Source of the DNA: an uncultured Staphylococcaceae bacterium
GTDB lineage: Bacteria; Bacillota_I; Bacilli_A; RFN20; CAG-826
DNA length: 64,000 nucleotides
NCBI GenBank assembly: GCA_964433025.1
Contig: CAYSPV010000001.1
Span: 10,597-74,596 of the forward strand
Reading direction: 5' to 3'
Every line of letters starts with the position of its first letter. Positions within the stretch are counted from its first letter, which is position 1. The translations under genes were made by a program, and so were the position numbers. This document shows positions 21,701-29,701 of the stretch, in pieces. The notes beneath the pieces are model-generated. The model saw only the letters and a list, made by a program, of their open reading frames with translations. It ran no database searches and was not told the origin of the DNA.

Positions 21701-22291
21701 TTAGATTATATGATGATTAATCGTGGTTAACACCATATCCTTATTTATTTGATATTCATCTTTTAATCTAGATTTATCGACCTGTATATTTAAACTTTCA
21801 GCGTGTTTTACAAAGTCTTTGGTAAAAAACCAATAACGAATGTAATATTTTTCAAATGAATTTTTATCATCTACCCCATCAAAAAAGGTAAAGGCTGTGT
21901 AATATAATTTATTATTAATAATCAGCCAATTTTCAGGATAAAAATTAAGAGTTATTTTTTCATATCTAGCTAACCAATCTTGTTCAAATATTTCACTAAA
22001 AATTGTGTCTTCTAAATCTTCTTTTAATAATTTATCTAATACTGTTTGACCTTCTAAATATTCAAACACGACCGATTCATTTTTCTTATCAATAACAAAT
22101 ACTTTAGGCATCCTAACATTAGCGATCTTTAATCTTTTATAAAGCTCATTAAAATTATAAAATTCAGTAGATCCCTTAACGAATTGTTTTAAAATACCTA
22201 CTTTCTTTTTTCTTTGTACTTTATAGGTATCATATTCTTTAATAGTGTCTAATATATCCCATGATTTATTTTTAACTTTTATTTGTTCCAT
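21701..22291 (-). CDS. Hypothetical protein, possibly a small protein-kinase-like fold with non-canonical catalytic loop
   Basis: 196 aa. The hinge-like VFEYLEG resembles RIO/Bud32/Kdo-type small kinases, but no HxD...N loop is present (FYPENWLI instead). Confidence 0.25.
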   Translation of the reverse strand: MEQIKVKNKSWDILDTIKEYDTYKVQRKKKVGILKQFVKGSTEFYNFNELYKRLKIANVRMPKVFVIDKKNESVVFEYLEGQTVLDKLLKEDLEDTIFSEIFEQDWLARYEKITLNFYPENWLIINNKLYYTAFTFFDGVDDKNSFEKYYIRYWFFTKDFVKHAESLNIQVDKSRLKDEYQINKDMVLTTINHHII

Positions 22292-22302
22292 TTTTTATTT
22301 CC

Positions 22303-23901
22303 TTAAATAAGTGTAATTGATATTGTAGCTTGATTATCATTAATAGAATCTACAGTAATCTTATATGGGAATGTTTCACCATTATTAAAGACAGTAGAAT
22401 TTGCAAATGAAGAAGAATAATCACTTAATGTAAAACTATCACCTTCATACCACATATCAGAATCAGAAAAATAACTACCATTTTTAAAATCAAAATTACC
22501 ATCTGCTTCTAATAGATGTAATAAACGATAATTTCTCATAGTAGGCACGATTGAACCATATATTTCATCTGTAGAATTACTAGTCGCGTGATAAACACTA
22601 GAATTAGATGATATTGTAGTAGTAATCGTGTAATTGTATGCATTTACAATATCTACAAGTCTAGCATCAACATGCCATATTCTAACACCTGTCGTTGTAG
22701 GTCCTTTAGGATAATATGTAGCCCATCTAGTATTAGCATCCATTTCATTTAAATTTGTGGGTGTATATAAATCTACGATTATATATTCATCAAAAACTGA
22801 ATTCATTTGATTATCAGGTTTTAAAACTAAAAACTCTCCTGTCTCAGTAAATGAAGATATTGTTACTGTAGTTTCACCAGTTACAAGTAATGGAGAAGTC
22901 CAACCTAAAGCCATTTTTGAATATGGATCATGGTCTCCCACATTATAAGATTGCATAATAAATCCACCTGCTACATCCTCTCTAGATGTGTCATCATAGT
23001 TATAATAATCATCTAATCCTAAAGCATGACCCATTTCATGAATATATGTATGAGCGTCTATCTCTATATGACTAGTTTCATACATAAAATCAACAGAAGC
23101 CCAAAAGAAAGTAGAAACACTAGGACTTGCAATATTAGCGCTATTACTAGCCCAAGAAGTATAGGCCCATAAATTATCATTACCTGCATAATCATATGGT
23201 ACGTTATAAATTAAACAAATAACGTCTACATAGCCATCGCTATCATTATCAAATTCAGAAGCATTACTATTAAAGGTTTCTTTATACCAACTTAAAGCAG
23301 TACTAGCTAATCTCATGACTTGAGATACACTTCCAATTGAGGCTGTATAAGTAGTTTCATACCAAGGGGTGACCACTCCTGATATTCTTAAATTACCATA
23401 AGATGATTTATAAAAATAAGAGGCTACTGATTCAAAACCAGTAGATTCGCTTGTGCCAAAATAAGCATTATAAATATCATATCTAGTCTCTTCATTATAA
23501 TTTAAAGAACTATTAGCAAGTTTTACTGGCACTACTAGGATATTTAAATCACCTGTAGAAGGTGCTTTTGTCATTGATGAATAATAATTGTATTTAAAAT
23601 AATCTTCATAATCATATTCAATTTCCACTACTTCGCTGTTTTGATATGAAGTAGATGTAAATCCACCTTTAGAATCACTTAAACTAGACTCATTAGTGTA
23701 AACATAACATTCATCTTCTCCTACGGAAGGTGTTTCAGATGTTGTAGTGGTTGTTGTGGTTGTAGGTTCATCAGATGTAGTTGTGGTTGTGCTAATAATC
23801 TCTTCACTAGAAGAACTACTAGAAGAAGAGCTAAAATCACAACTTGATACCACTAATGGGACAACTAATATTAGAGTAAATTTTAATAATTTATTTTTCA
23901 T
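22303..23901 (-). CDS. Lipoprotein zinc metalloprotease (M6/InhA-like HExxH domain)
   Basis: Lipobox LVVSSC, a Ser/Thr linker, and HEMGHALGLDDYY resembling the M6 signature HExxHxLGLxDxY. Confidence 0.6.
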   Translation of the reverse strand: MKNKLLKFTLILVVPLVVSSCDFSSSSSSSSSEEIISTTTTTSDEPTTTTTTTTSETPSVGEDECYVYTNESSLSDSKGGFTSTSYQNSEVVEIEYDYEDYFKYNYYSSMTKAPSTGDLNILVVPVKLANSSLNYNEETRYDIYNAYFGTSESTGFESVASYFYKSSYGNLRISGVVTPWYETTYTASIGSVSQVMRLASTALSWYKETFNSNASEFDNDSDGYVDVICLIYNVPYDYAGNDNLWAYTSWASNSANIASPSVSTFFWASVDFMYETSHIEIDAHTYIHEMGHALGLDDYYNYDDTSREDVAGGFIMQSYNVGDHDPYSKMALGWTSPLLVTGETTVTISSFTETGEFLVLKPDNQMNSVFDEYIIVDLYTPTNLNEMDANTRWATYYPKGPTTTGVRIWHVDARLVDIVNAYNYTITTTISSNSSVYHATSNSTDEIYGSIVPTMRNYRLLHLLEADGNFDFKNGSYFSDSDMWYEGDSFTLSDYSSSFANSTVFNNGETFPYKITVDSINDNQATISITLI

Positions 23902-23957
23902 AAAATCTTTACCTCTTTTAAAACGGCATTTAATATTTTACTAAAAATATATAAATG

Positions 23958-23966
23958 TGTTAAGAT
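23958..23966 (+). promoter_or_regulatory. Extended -10 box (TGtTAAGAT) placed 6 nt before the ATG; leaderless-type promoter
   Basis: TG-n-TAAGAT at 23958-23966, ATG at 23973, no SD in between. Confidence 0.45.
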
Positions 23967-23972
23967 ACATTT

Positions 23973-24935
23973 ATGGAAAAATATGACTACGAAGTATCAA
24001 TGATAATCCCCACTCATAACAGCGAGCAATTTATTAAATCAACAATAAATTCATTAATAAATCAAAAGACAGAAGTTAGTTATGAAATTATTGTTATATC
24101 TGATTCTAATAAAGAAAATAACACCAATAAAATATTAGAAGAATATAAACAAAAATATTCTTTCTTTTCTTATAAAAAAGTTAATTTTAGAAGTGCGATG
24201 TTTTCTAAAATGGAAGGTGTTAAATTAGCTAAAGGAAGATATATTTCCTTTTTAGATAGCGATGATAAAGATGATGAAAACTTTATTGAAGTTATGTATA
24301 AAACCATCACTAAATATGATGCAGATGTAGTTAATTGTTATCCTTATATAGTCACTAAAGATCGTATCATTAAGTACCCCTTTAGAAAGACGATGATAAT
24401 GAATAATTATAAAGGGGTAAAACATTTATTTTTAGATGTTTATGTGCGTAGTTTTATGCATACAAAATTATATAAAGCATCTCTTTTAAAAGAAGTCTCT
24501 GGAAATCTAAAATATAAGATGGTTAAAAACTATCCATATCAAGATATTTTGTTAAATTATTTAATCTATAAAAAAGCTAAATTAATCATAAATATTAAGG
24601 ATTTGCTGGTTTTTTATAATAAAAACGTAGAAAATTCGGTAAGTTCTTCTTCCACAGTGTCTCAAGATATGGTTAATGTAAGTGCGTTTATTTTAAGAGA
24701 TATTTTAAAAGATAATGATCAAAAATTATTAAAGATTTTTAGCCATTATTATTTAAGAAAAAAACTTCTTGTTTTATATGTTTTAAAACACAAAAGTTTT
24801 AAGACAAAACAAGATAAAAAAGCTTATAAAAAGAACCTATATAAACAATTAAAAAATATCTATAAAAAACACCAGCTACTCGCTAGTGATTCTTATAATG
24901 AATATTTAAATATTGTAAGTTATAGAGAAGATTAA
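23973..24935 (+). CDS. Family 2 glycosyltransferase
   Basis: SMIIPTHNSEQFIKSTINSLINQ and the FLDSDD motif. Confidence 0.8.
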   Translation: MEKYDYEVSMIIPTHNSEQFIKSTINSLINQKTEVSYEIIVISDSNKENNTNKILEEYKQKYSFFSYKKVNFRSAMFSKMEGVKLAKGRYISFLDSDDKDDENFIEVMYKTITKYDADVVNCYPYIVTKDRIIKYPFRKTMIMNNYKGVKHLFLDVYVRSFMHTKLYKASLLKEVSGNLKYKMVKNYPYQDILLNYLIYKKAKLIINIKDLLVFYNKNVENSVSSSSTVSQDMVNVSAFILRDILKDNDQKLLKIFSHYYLRKKLLVLYVLKHKSFKTKQDKKAYKKNLYKQLKNIYKKHQLLASDSYNEYLNIVSYRED

Positions 24936-25906
24936 TCTTTGCGCATTTGTCCTGTTAAGGAATGAATACGAATAGATCCACCGTTTTTAGCCACTAATTC
25001 TTTAGCATAATCAATAGCTTCTTGTTGTGTATTAAAATATTTAATAGCTTTTTCTCCACCTGCAAGTTTTACTTGCCATTGATTAATGGCTCTTTGTTTT
25101 GAAATATGATATACACGTGCGGTAAATTTCTTTTGATAAGAGGATATAGGTTTTTCTAAAGTTGAAGTTATTTTTTCTTCTTTTTCTTTAGTAGTCTTTT
25201 TAGAAGCTTTAGTGTCTTTTTTAGTTTCAGTTTTTGTTTCTTCTAATTTTGGTATTTCAGGAGTGTCTTCCACTTCATCTTCTTTTTTAATAAATACTCT
25301 TCTAAATCCATGATTAATTTTATTAATGATATAACCCATAAATAGGGAGCCCACTAAGATGATAATGATAAATATTAGTGTTATATACCATGCATTCGCG
25401 AATATGTTTTCAAAGTTATATAAGATAGGTACTAAATCAAATATATACATAAAGCAGATCACTGCAATATATACAAACACTGGGAGTATAACAAATAAGA
25501 CATGTTTAAAGCTCATCTTATGAGCAAAATCAAATAAGACAAAATTAAGTAGGGCCACGATTGGAAGAATTAATCTAGGAATAAAGAAATATGATTCAAA
25601 TAAAGAAGATGGCCCAATAAAAGCTAAACAACCTAATAAACAAATCATTAAATTAACAACATTCATTAATTTAAGAATAGATATAGAGATATGGATTTTA
25701 TATTGTTTATATATTTCTTTTAAACAATTATAGACCACTGCTATTACACCAATTGCACCGCCAAGCAAACAAGCCCAACTTGAAAAATAATTAAAACAAG
25801 AAAAGCCTAAATCAAAAAATAATAAAATAAGCGCTCCAACAGATAAAATTATAATAACCAAATTAAACGTTAAATTAACGATATTAAACGCTCGAAGTTT
25901 TTTCAT
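24932..25906 (-). CDS. Polytopic membrane protein with C-terminal cytoplasmic DUF2188-like domain
   Basis: About 6 predicted TM segments, a Lys/Glu/Thr linker, then YHISKQ...WQVKLAGGEKAIKYFNTQQEAIDYAKELVAKNGGSIRIH, which resembles DUF2188. Confidence 0.5.
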   Translation of the reverse strand: MKKLRAFNIVNLTFNLVIIILSVGALILLFFDLGFSCFNYFSSWACLLGGAIGVIAVVYNCLKEIYKQYKIHISISILKLMNVVNLMICLLGCLAFIGPSSLFESYFFIPRLILPIVALLNFVLFDFAHKMSFKHVLFVILPVFVYIAVICFMYIFDLVPILYNFENIFANAWYITLIFIIIILVGSLFMGYIINKINHGFRRVFIKKEDEVEDTPEIPKLEETKTETKKDTKASKKTTKEKEEKITSTLEKPISSYQKKFTARVYHISKQRAINQWQVKLAGGEKAIKYFNTQQEAIDYAKELVAKNGGSIRIHSLTGQMRKD

Positions 25907-25993
25907 ATTAATAAGCCTCCATATCTAAAAAATATTTTACATTAAAAATACATATTTTTACTATAAATAATTAATTTTTGCATAACTTAACAA

Positions 25994-26017
25994 CAAAAAA
26001 GGTCCACTAGGGACCTT
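25994..26017 (-). terminator. Rho-independent terminator after hsp20
   Basis: Minus strand AAGGTCC-CTAGT-GGACCTT followed by TTTTTGTTG. Confidence 0.75.
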
Positions 26018-26049
26018 GTAAGGAAAGGGGATTTAAAAAATGAAAACTA

Positions 26050-26472
26050 TTAGTTAATATCAATAAATCTTTTTTCTGGTTCTTTTTTAACAACCTTTTT
26101 AATTTCTAAAGTTAAGATACCATCATTTAATGAAGCAGAAATATCCTCTTCACTAATATTTTCTCCAACATAGAAACTACGACTGACATTACCATAATGT
26201 CTTTCTCTTCTTAAATATTTATACTTTTTATTATCTTCATCATAATTATCGTGATAAGAGACATTAAGGTTTAAATAACCATCCTCTAATGAAAGTTTAA
26301 TATTTTCTTTTTTAGCATCTAAAACTTCTACTTTGAGGATATATTTATCATCTTCCTCCAAAATATCGGTTTTCATGATTTCATGACCTCCACGAAAATC
26401 GAAAAAGAAATCATCGAAAAATGGATCTAATAGATCAAAGGCATTACTGCGATACTTAGAAATGTTTGACAT
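26050..26472 (-). CDS. Hsp20/alpha-crystallin family small heat-shock protein
   Basis: 140 aa with alpha-crystallin-domain pattern (DILEEDDKYILKVEVLDAKKENIKLSLEDGYLNL...GILTLEI). CIRCE elements lie upstream. Confidence 0.85.
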   Translation of the reverse strand: MSNISKYRSNAFDLLDPFFDDFFFDFRGGHEIMKTDILEEDDKYILKVEVLDAKKENIKLSLEDGYLNLNVSYHDNYDEDNKKYKYLRRERHYGNVSRSFYVGENISEEDISASLNDGILTLEIKKVVKKEPEKRFIDIN

Positions 26473-26487
26473 AAATTTTACCTCCTT

Positions 26488-26514
26488 TTAGCACTCATCA
26501 CTTTCAAGTGCTAA
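26488..26514. promoter_or_regulatory. CIRCE operator 1 (HrcA binding site) in the hsp20 5' UTR
   Basis: TTAGCACTC-N9-AAGTGCTAA versus consensus TTAGCACTC-N9-GAGTGCTAA (1 mismatch). Confidence 0.85.
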
Positions 26515-26518
26515 CTAT

Positions 26519-26546
26519 ATTATAACCCAGATTAGCACTCTGTCAA
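26519..26546 (-). promoter_or_regulatory. SigA-type promoter of hsp20
   Basis: Minus strand reads TTGACA (26546-26541), a 16-nt spacer, then TATAAT (26524-26519). It overlaps CIRCE 2. Confidence 0.75.
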
Positions 26547-26558
26547 GCAGTTTGCTAA
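26532..26558. promoter_or_regulatory. CIRCE operator 2 (degenerate) overlapping the hsp20 -35/spacer
   Basis: TTAGCACTC-N9-GTTTGCTAA; the left arm is perfect and the right arm has 2 mismatches. Confidence 0.6.
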
Positions 26559-26646
26559 AAATATTTTAATTATTTTTATAATATATTCATAGAATATATT
26601 AAAATTTTAAAAAATATTAATTTTTATTAAAAATTTATATAAAATA

Positions 26647-26655
26647 TGCTATATT
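26647..26655 (+). promoter_or_regulatory. Extended -10 box (TGcTATATT) 6 nt before the ATG; leaderless-type promoter
   Basis: TG-n-TATATT at 26647-26655, ATG at 26662, no SD. Confidence 0.45.
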
Positions 26656-26661
26656 TTTGAT

Positions 26662-27858
26662 ATGAAAACTATAAATATTTATCCTATTAAATCATCTTTA
26701 CATGATGAAGGTATCATATCAAATGAGACCTCTTTATTAATTAACAAATTAAATAGTGAAAACTTTAATTTAAAGATTGTAGAAGATATTAATCTTTTAT
26801 ATCAAAATTGTGATTTAAGTTTAATACTTGTTCAATCAGGTGGATCAGAAAATGAATTTTTAAAATTATTAGATAAGTTAAGACCGCCATTTTATTTATT
26901 AACTTACGCTACTAATAACTCCCTAGCTGCGTCTTTAGAAATTCTCGCATTTTTAAAAAATAATAATTTAGAAGGTGAAGTATTACATGGTGATGATAAT
27001 TATCTAATTAATAGAATTAATAATCTATTAACTAAAAATAATATTATCTATGATAATTTAGGAGTCATTGGAGTGCCTAGTGATTGGTTAATATCATGTA
27101 AAGTAGATAAAGATGTTATCTTAAATAAATTTAATGTTAACTTAATTGATATACCAATATCAGAAGTTGAAGAATTATATCATCAAATAAAAGATGTTGA
27201 AGTAGATGAAAAATATCTAAAAGATGGTTTTAATGTTGAAGAAATTAAAAAGGCATTAAGATTGTACAGTGCTCTTAAAAGGATCGTTGATAAATATAGT
27301 CTAAAAGGATTTACTATTAGATGTTTCGATTTATTATTTTCTATTAAAACCACTGCTTGTTTAGCTCTATCTATGTTTAATGATTCAAAAGATAATATCG
27401 CAGCCTGTGAAGGTGATATACCTGCTTTAATTGGAATGTATGTTGTTAAAAAATTATTAAATAAACCATCATTTCAAGCTAATCCAAGTAAGATAGAATT
27501 ACAAAATAAACAAATATTATTAGCCCACTGCACTATTGGATTAAATATGTGTGACTCATTTAAATTAGACACTCATTATGAATCAAATATAGGAGTGGGT
27601 ATTCATGGTGAAGTAAAAACTGGAGATGGAACTATATTTAGATTAAATTCTAATTTTGATAAATGTTATTTAGAAGATGGAACACTAATTAAGAATCAAT
27701 ATAAAGATAAGTTATGTCGTACTCAAATAATATGTCAGTTTGATAATTTAGATAAAATATTAACTTATCCGTTAGGTAATCATTTATTAATTATTTCAGG
27801 ACATAATAAAAATAAATTATTAGATTATCTTAAAAGCAAAAATATAGTGATGATTTAA
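26662..27858 (+). CDS. Putative L-fucose/L-arabinose isomerase-family protein
   Basis: 398 aa. The AACEGDIPALIGMY and HCTIG segments resemble sugar-isomerase family proteins. Assigned from memory only. Confidence 0.35.
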   Translation: MKTINIYPIKSSLHDEGIISNETSLLINKLNSENFNLKIVEDINLLYQNCDLSLILVQSGGSENEFLKLLDKLRPPFYLLTYATNNSLAASLEILAFLKNNNLEGEVLHGDDNYLINRINNLLTKNNIIYDNLGVIGVPSDWLISCKVDKDVILNKFNVNLIDIPISEVEELYHQIKDVEVDEKYLKDGFNVEEIKKALRLYSALKRIVDKYSLKGFTIRCFDLLFSIKTTACLALSMFNDSKDNIAACEGDIPALIGMYVVKKLLNKPSFQANPSKIELQNKQILLAHCTIGLNMCDSFKLDTHYESNIGVGIHGEVKTGDGTIFRLNSNFDKCYLEDGTLIKNQYKDKLCRTQIICQFDNLDKILTYPLGNHLLIISGHNKNKLLDYLKSKNIVMI

Positions 27859-27863
27859 TTAAT

Positions 27864-28457
27864 TTATGGATAGTTTATGTATGCTATACAAAATACAGCG
27901 CATACAAAACAAAAAACAATATTACAAACTAAGATTAAATAATTAGCTAAACTTAAAAATGGACCATATTTTTTATGTCTAAATATTATAGAAACAATAC
28001 CAAATGCAGCTGTAATAATCGATGTAAATAATAAGATTAGCCAAAGATAACTTCCATAGTTGTAGGTACCACTAAATATGCTTGCTAAATAATGTTCTAC
28101 AACTCGGTTATTTTCACCTTCAAGATATACGTATCTTTTTCCTTGAAAGACAGGAATAAAAATAAAAATCGCCATTAAAAGAGAGAAAATCGCTGATGTC
28201 AGTAAACAAACACAATTAACTTTATCAGATATATTTTTACTATTTATAACTTCTAAAGTAGTCTCATTAGTATCAATTAAATCATTAATTTCAACATCAA
28301 AAAATAATGCAAGTTTTTCTAAATTTTCTTTATTAGGATAGCTTACTCCAGTTTCATATTTTGCAATTAAACTTCTCGATATGAAAACTTTCTTAGCTAA
28401 TTCTTCTTGCGTTAAATTTTTTTCTTTTCTTAGTTCTTTTAACTTATCACAAAACAT
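27864..28457 (-). CDS. Membrane-anchored XRE-family HTH regulator (paralog 1)
   Basis: N-terminal HTH_3-type LKELRKEKNLTQEELAKKVFISRSLIAKYETG followed by about 4 TM segments. Confidence 0.75.
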   Translation of the reverse strand: MFCDKLKELRKEKNLTQEELAKKVFISRSLIAKYETGVSYPNKENLEKLALFFDVEINDLIDTNETTLEVINSKNISDKVNCVCLLTSAIFSLLMAIFIFIPVFQGKRYVYLEGENNRVVEHYLASIFSGTYNYGSYLWLILLFTSIITAAFGIVSIIFRHKKYGPFLSLANYLILVCNIVFCFVCAVFCIAYINYP

Positions 28458-28555
28458 AATTATTACTGCCTCTATATCTGTTATCCTTTATTCACTTTTT
28501 TATATAACAAATTGTAAAAATACAAAACATTATTCATAAAAACATTTTTAAAAAT

Positions 28556-28606
28556 CTAAGAAGTTAAATTTGTAAGTAATGATAGTCCTAATGCAATTAA
28601 ATTCAT
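28556..28606 (-). CDS. Candidate 16-codon hydrophobic micro-ORF (MNLIALGLSLLTNLTS) between the XRE paralogs
   Basis: Perfect AGGAGG, then 6 nt (TAATAT), then ATG on the minus strand. The stop is TAG. There is no other support. Confidence 0.3.
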   Translation of the reverse strand: MNLIALGLSLLTNLTS

Positions 28607-28645
28607 ATATTACCTCCTAAGTGCACTAATATCTCTCTAAGACAA

Positions 28646-29221
28646 TTAAATTATCATGGATGTAAAAAGCAAAACAACAGTACAAAATAGCATTAAATAA
28701 CTTGCCAAACGAAGAAACGGACAATATTTTTTATGTTTAAACACTAATGCAAGAATTGCAATTGTGCATGTAATAATCGATACAAAAAATAAAATTAAAC
28801 CAAGATAGTTTCCATCGTTATAAGTTCTAGTAAATATACTATCCCAAAAATATTCTCGTTTAGGCATTATTTCTCCAGGTTCAATTGGATATATATATTT
28901 GCCATATTCAAAGACAGGAATAAAAACAAAAATTGAAATAAACCCAGATATAATTGCAGTTATTAATAAACAAACAAAATTTATTTTTTCTGCAATACTT
29001 TTATTATTTATAACTTCTAAAGTAGTCTCATTGGTGTCTATCAAATCATTAACTTCAACATCAAAAAATAGCGCTAATTTTTTGAGATTTTCTTTGCTAG
29101 GATAACTAACACCTGTTTCATATTTTGCAATCAAACTTCTCGATATGAAAACTTTCTTAGCTAATTCTTCTTGAGTTAAGTTTTTTTCTTTTCTTAATTC
29201 TTTTAATTTATCACAAAACAT
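28646..29221 (-). CDS. Membrane-anchored XRE-family HTH regulator (paralog 2)
   Basis: The first 41 aa are identical to paralog 1, with 3 substitutions in the first 72. The TM region is homologous but diverged. Confidence 0.75.
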   Translation of the reverse strand: MFCDKLKELRKEKNLTQEELAKKVFISRSLIAKYETGVSYPSKENLKKLALFFDVEVNDLIDTNETTLEVINNKSIAEKINFVCLLITAIISGFISIFVFIPVFEYGKYIYPIEPGEIMPKREYFWDSIFTRTYNDGNYLGLILFFVSIITCTIAILALVFKHKKYCPFLRLASYLMLFCTVVLLFTSMII

Positions 29222-29351
29222 AATTATTCTCCGCTTGTGTAAATATTATAAAACAAAAACAATATTTGGTTTGTTCTTTATTTGGAACAATTTGTGAAAA
29301 CACTGTTTTAATTTAATGGTTGATGCTATTTCTTATCGAAAAAGTGGGAAG

Positions 29352-29415
29352 TTTTTACAAGTTTTCTGTAAAAAGTATCTAAAAAATAAAAGTTTTTACA
29401 CTTTTTTTGTAAAAA
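29352..29415. promoter_or_regulatory. Two copies of the palindrome TTTTTACA-N7-TGTAAAAA, 41 bp apart (candidate operator pair)
   Basis: Copies at 29352-29374 and 29393-29415, each flanked identically (G...GT). They lie between the tRNA terminator and XRE paralog 2. Confidence 0.5.
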
Positions 29416-29441
29416 GTCTGAGGTTTTTAATGCTTTGTAAT

Positions 29442-29468
29442 AAAAAAATCTAAACGCTAAGTTTAGAT
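29442..29468 (-). terminator. Rho-independent terminator after tRNA-Ala
   Basis: Minus strand ATCTAAAC-TTAGC-GTTTAGAT followed by TTTTTTTATT. Confidence 0.8.
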
Positions 29469-29482
29469 ATAACATGCTTATT

Positions 29483-29558
29483 TGGTGGACCTGAAGGGAC
29501 TTGAACCCTCTACCTCATCGTTGCGAACGATGCGCTCTCCCAGATGAGCTACAGGCCC
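29483..29558 (-). tRNA. tRNA-Ala (anticodon CGC), CCA encoded
   Basis: Hand-folded cloverleaf. The acceptor stem is GGGCCTG/CAGGTCC with a G3:U70 pair. Stems are D GCTC/GAGC, anticodon CATCG/CGATG with loop TTCGCAA, and T GAGGG/CCCTT with loop TTCAAGT. Total length 76 nt. Confidence 0.9.
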
Positions 29559-29701
29559 ACAGCATTATTTATTTTATTCAAATTAGAAAATAAAACAAGG
29601 TGAATAATTTAATTACTAAAAATTAACTATAATGCCTTAAGTTTAAATATAATTTAAAGTCAAGACTATGAATAAAAATTTTTATTTTTATAATTAAAAT
29701 C

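Noticed and set aside
29316-29453. 45-codon plus-strand ORF (MVDAISYRKSGKFLQVFCKKYLKNKSFY...) spanning the palindrome pair
   Set aside because: It has no SD upstream of the ATG. Its sequence is dictated by the TTTTTACA/TGTAAAAA repeats and it runs into the tRNA terminator. It is more parsimoniously regulatory DNA.
29559-29701. LexA/SOS (Cheo) box upstream of the Y-family polymerase
   Set aside because: No CGAAC...GTTCG-like inverted repeat is present in the spacer.
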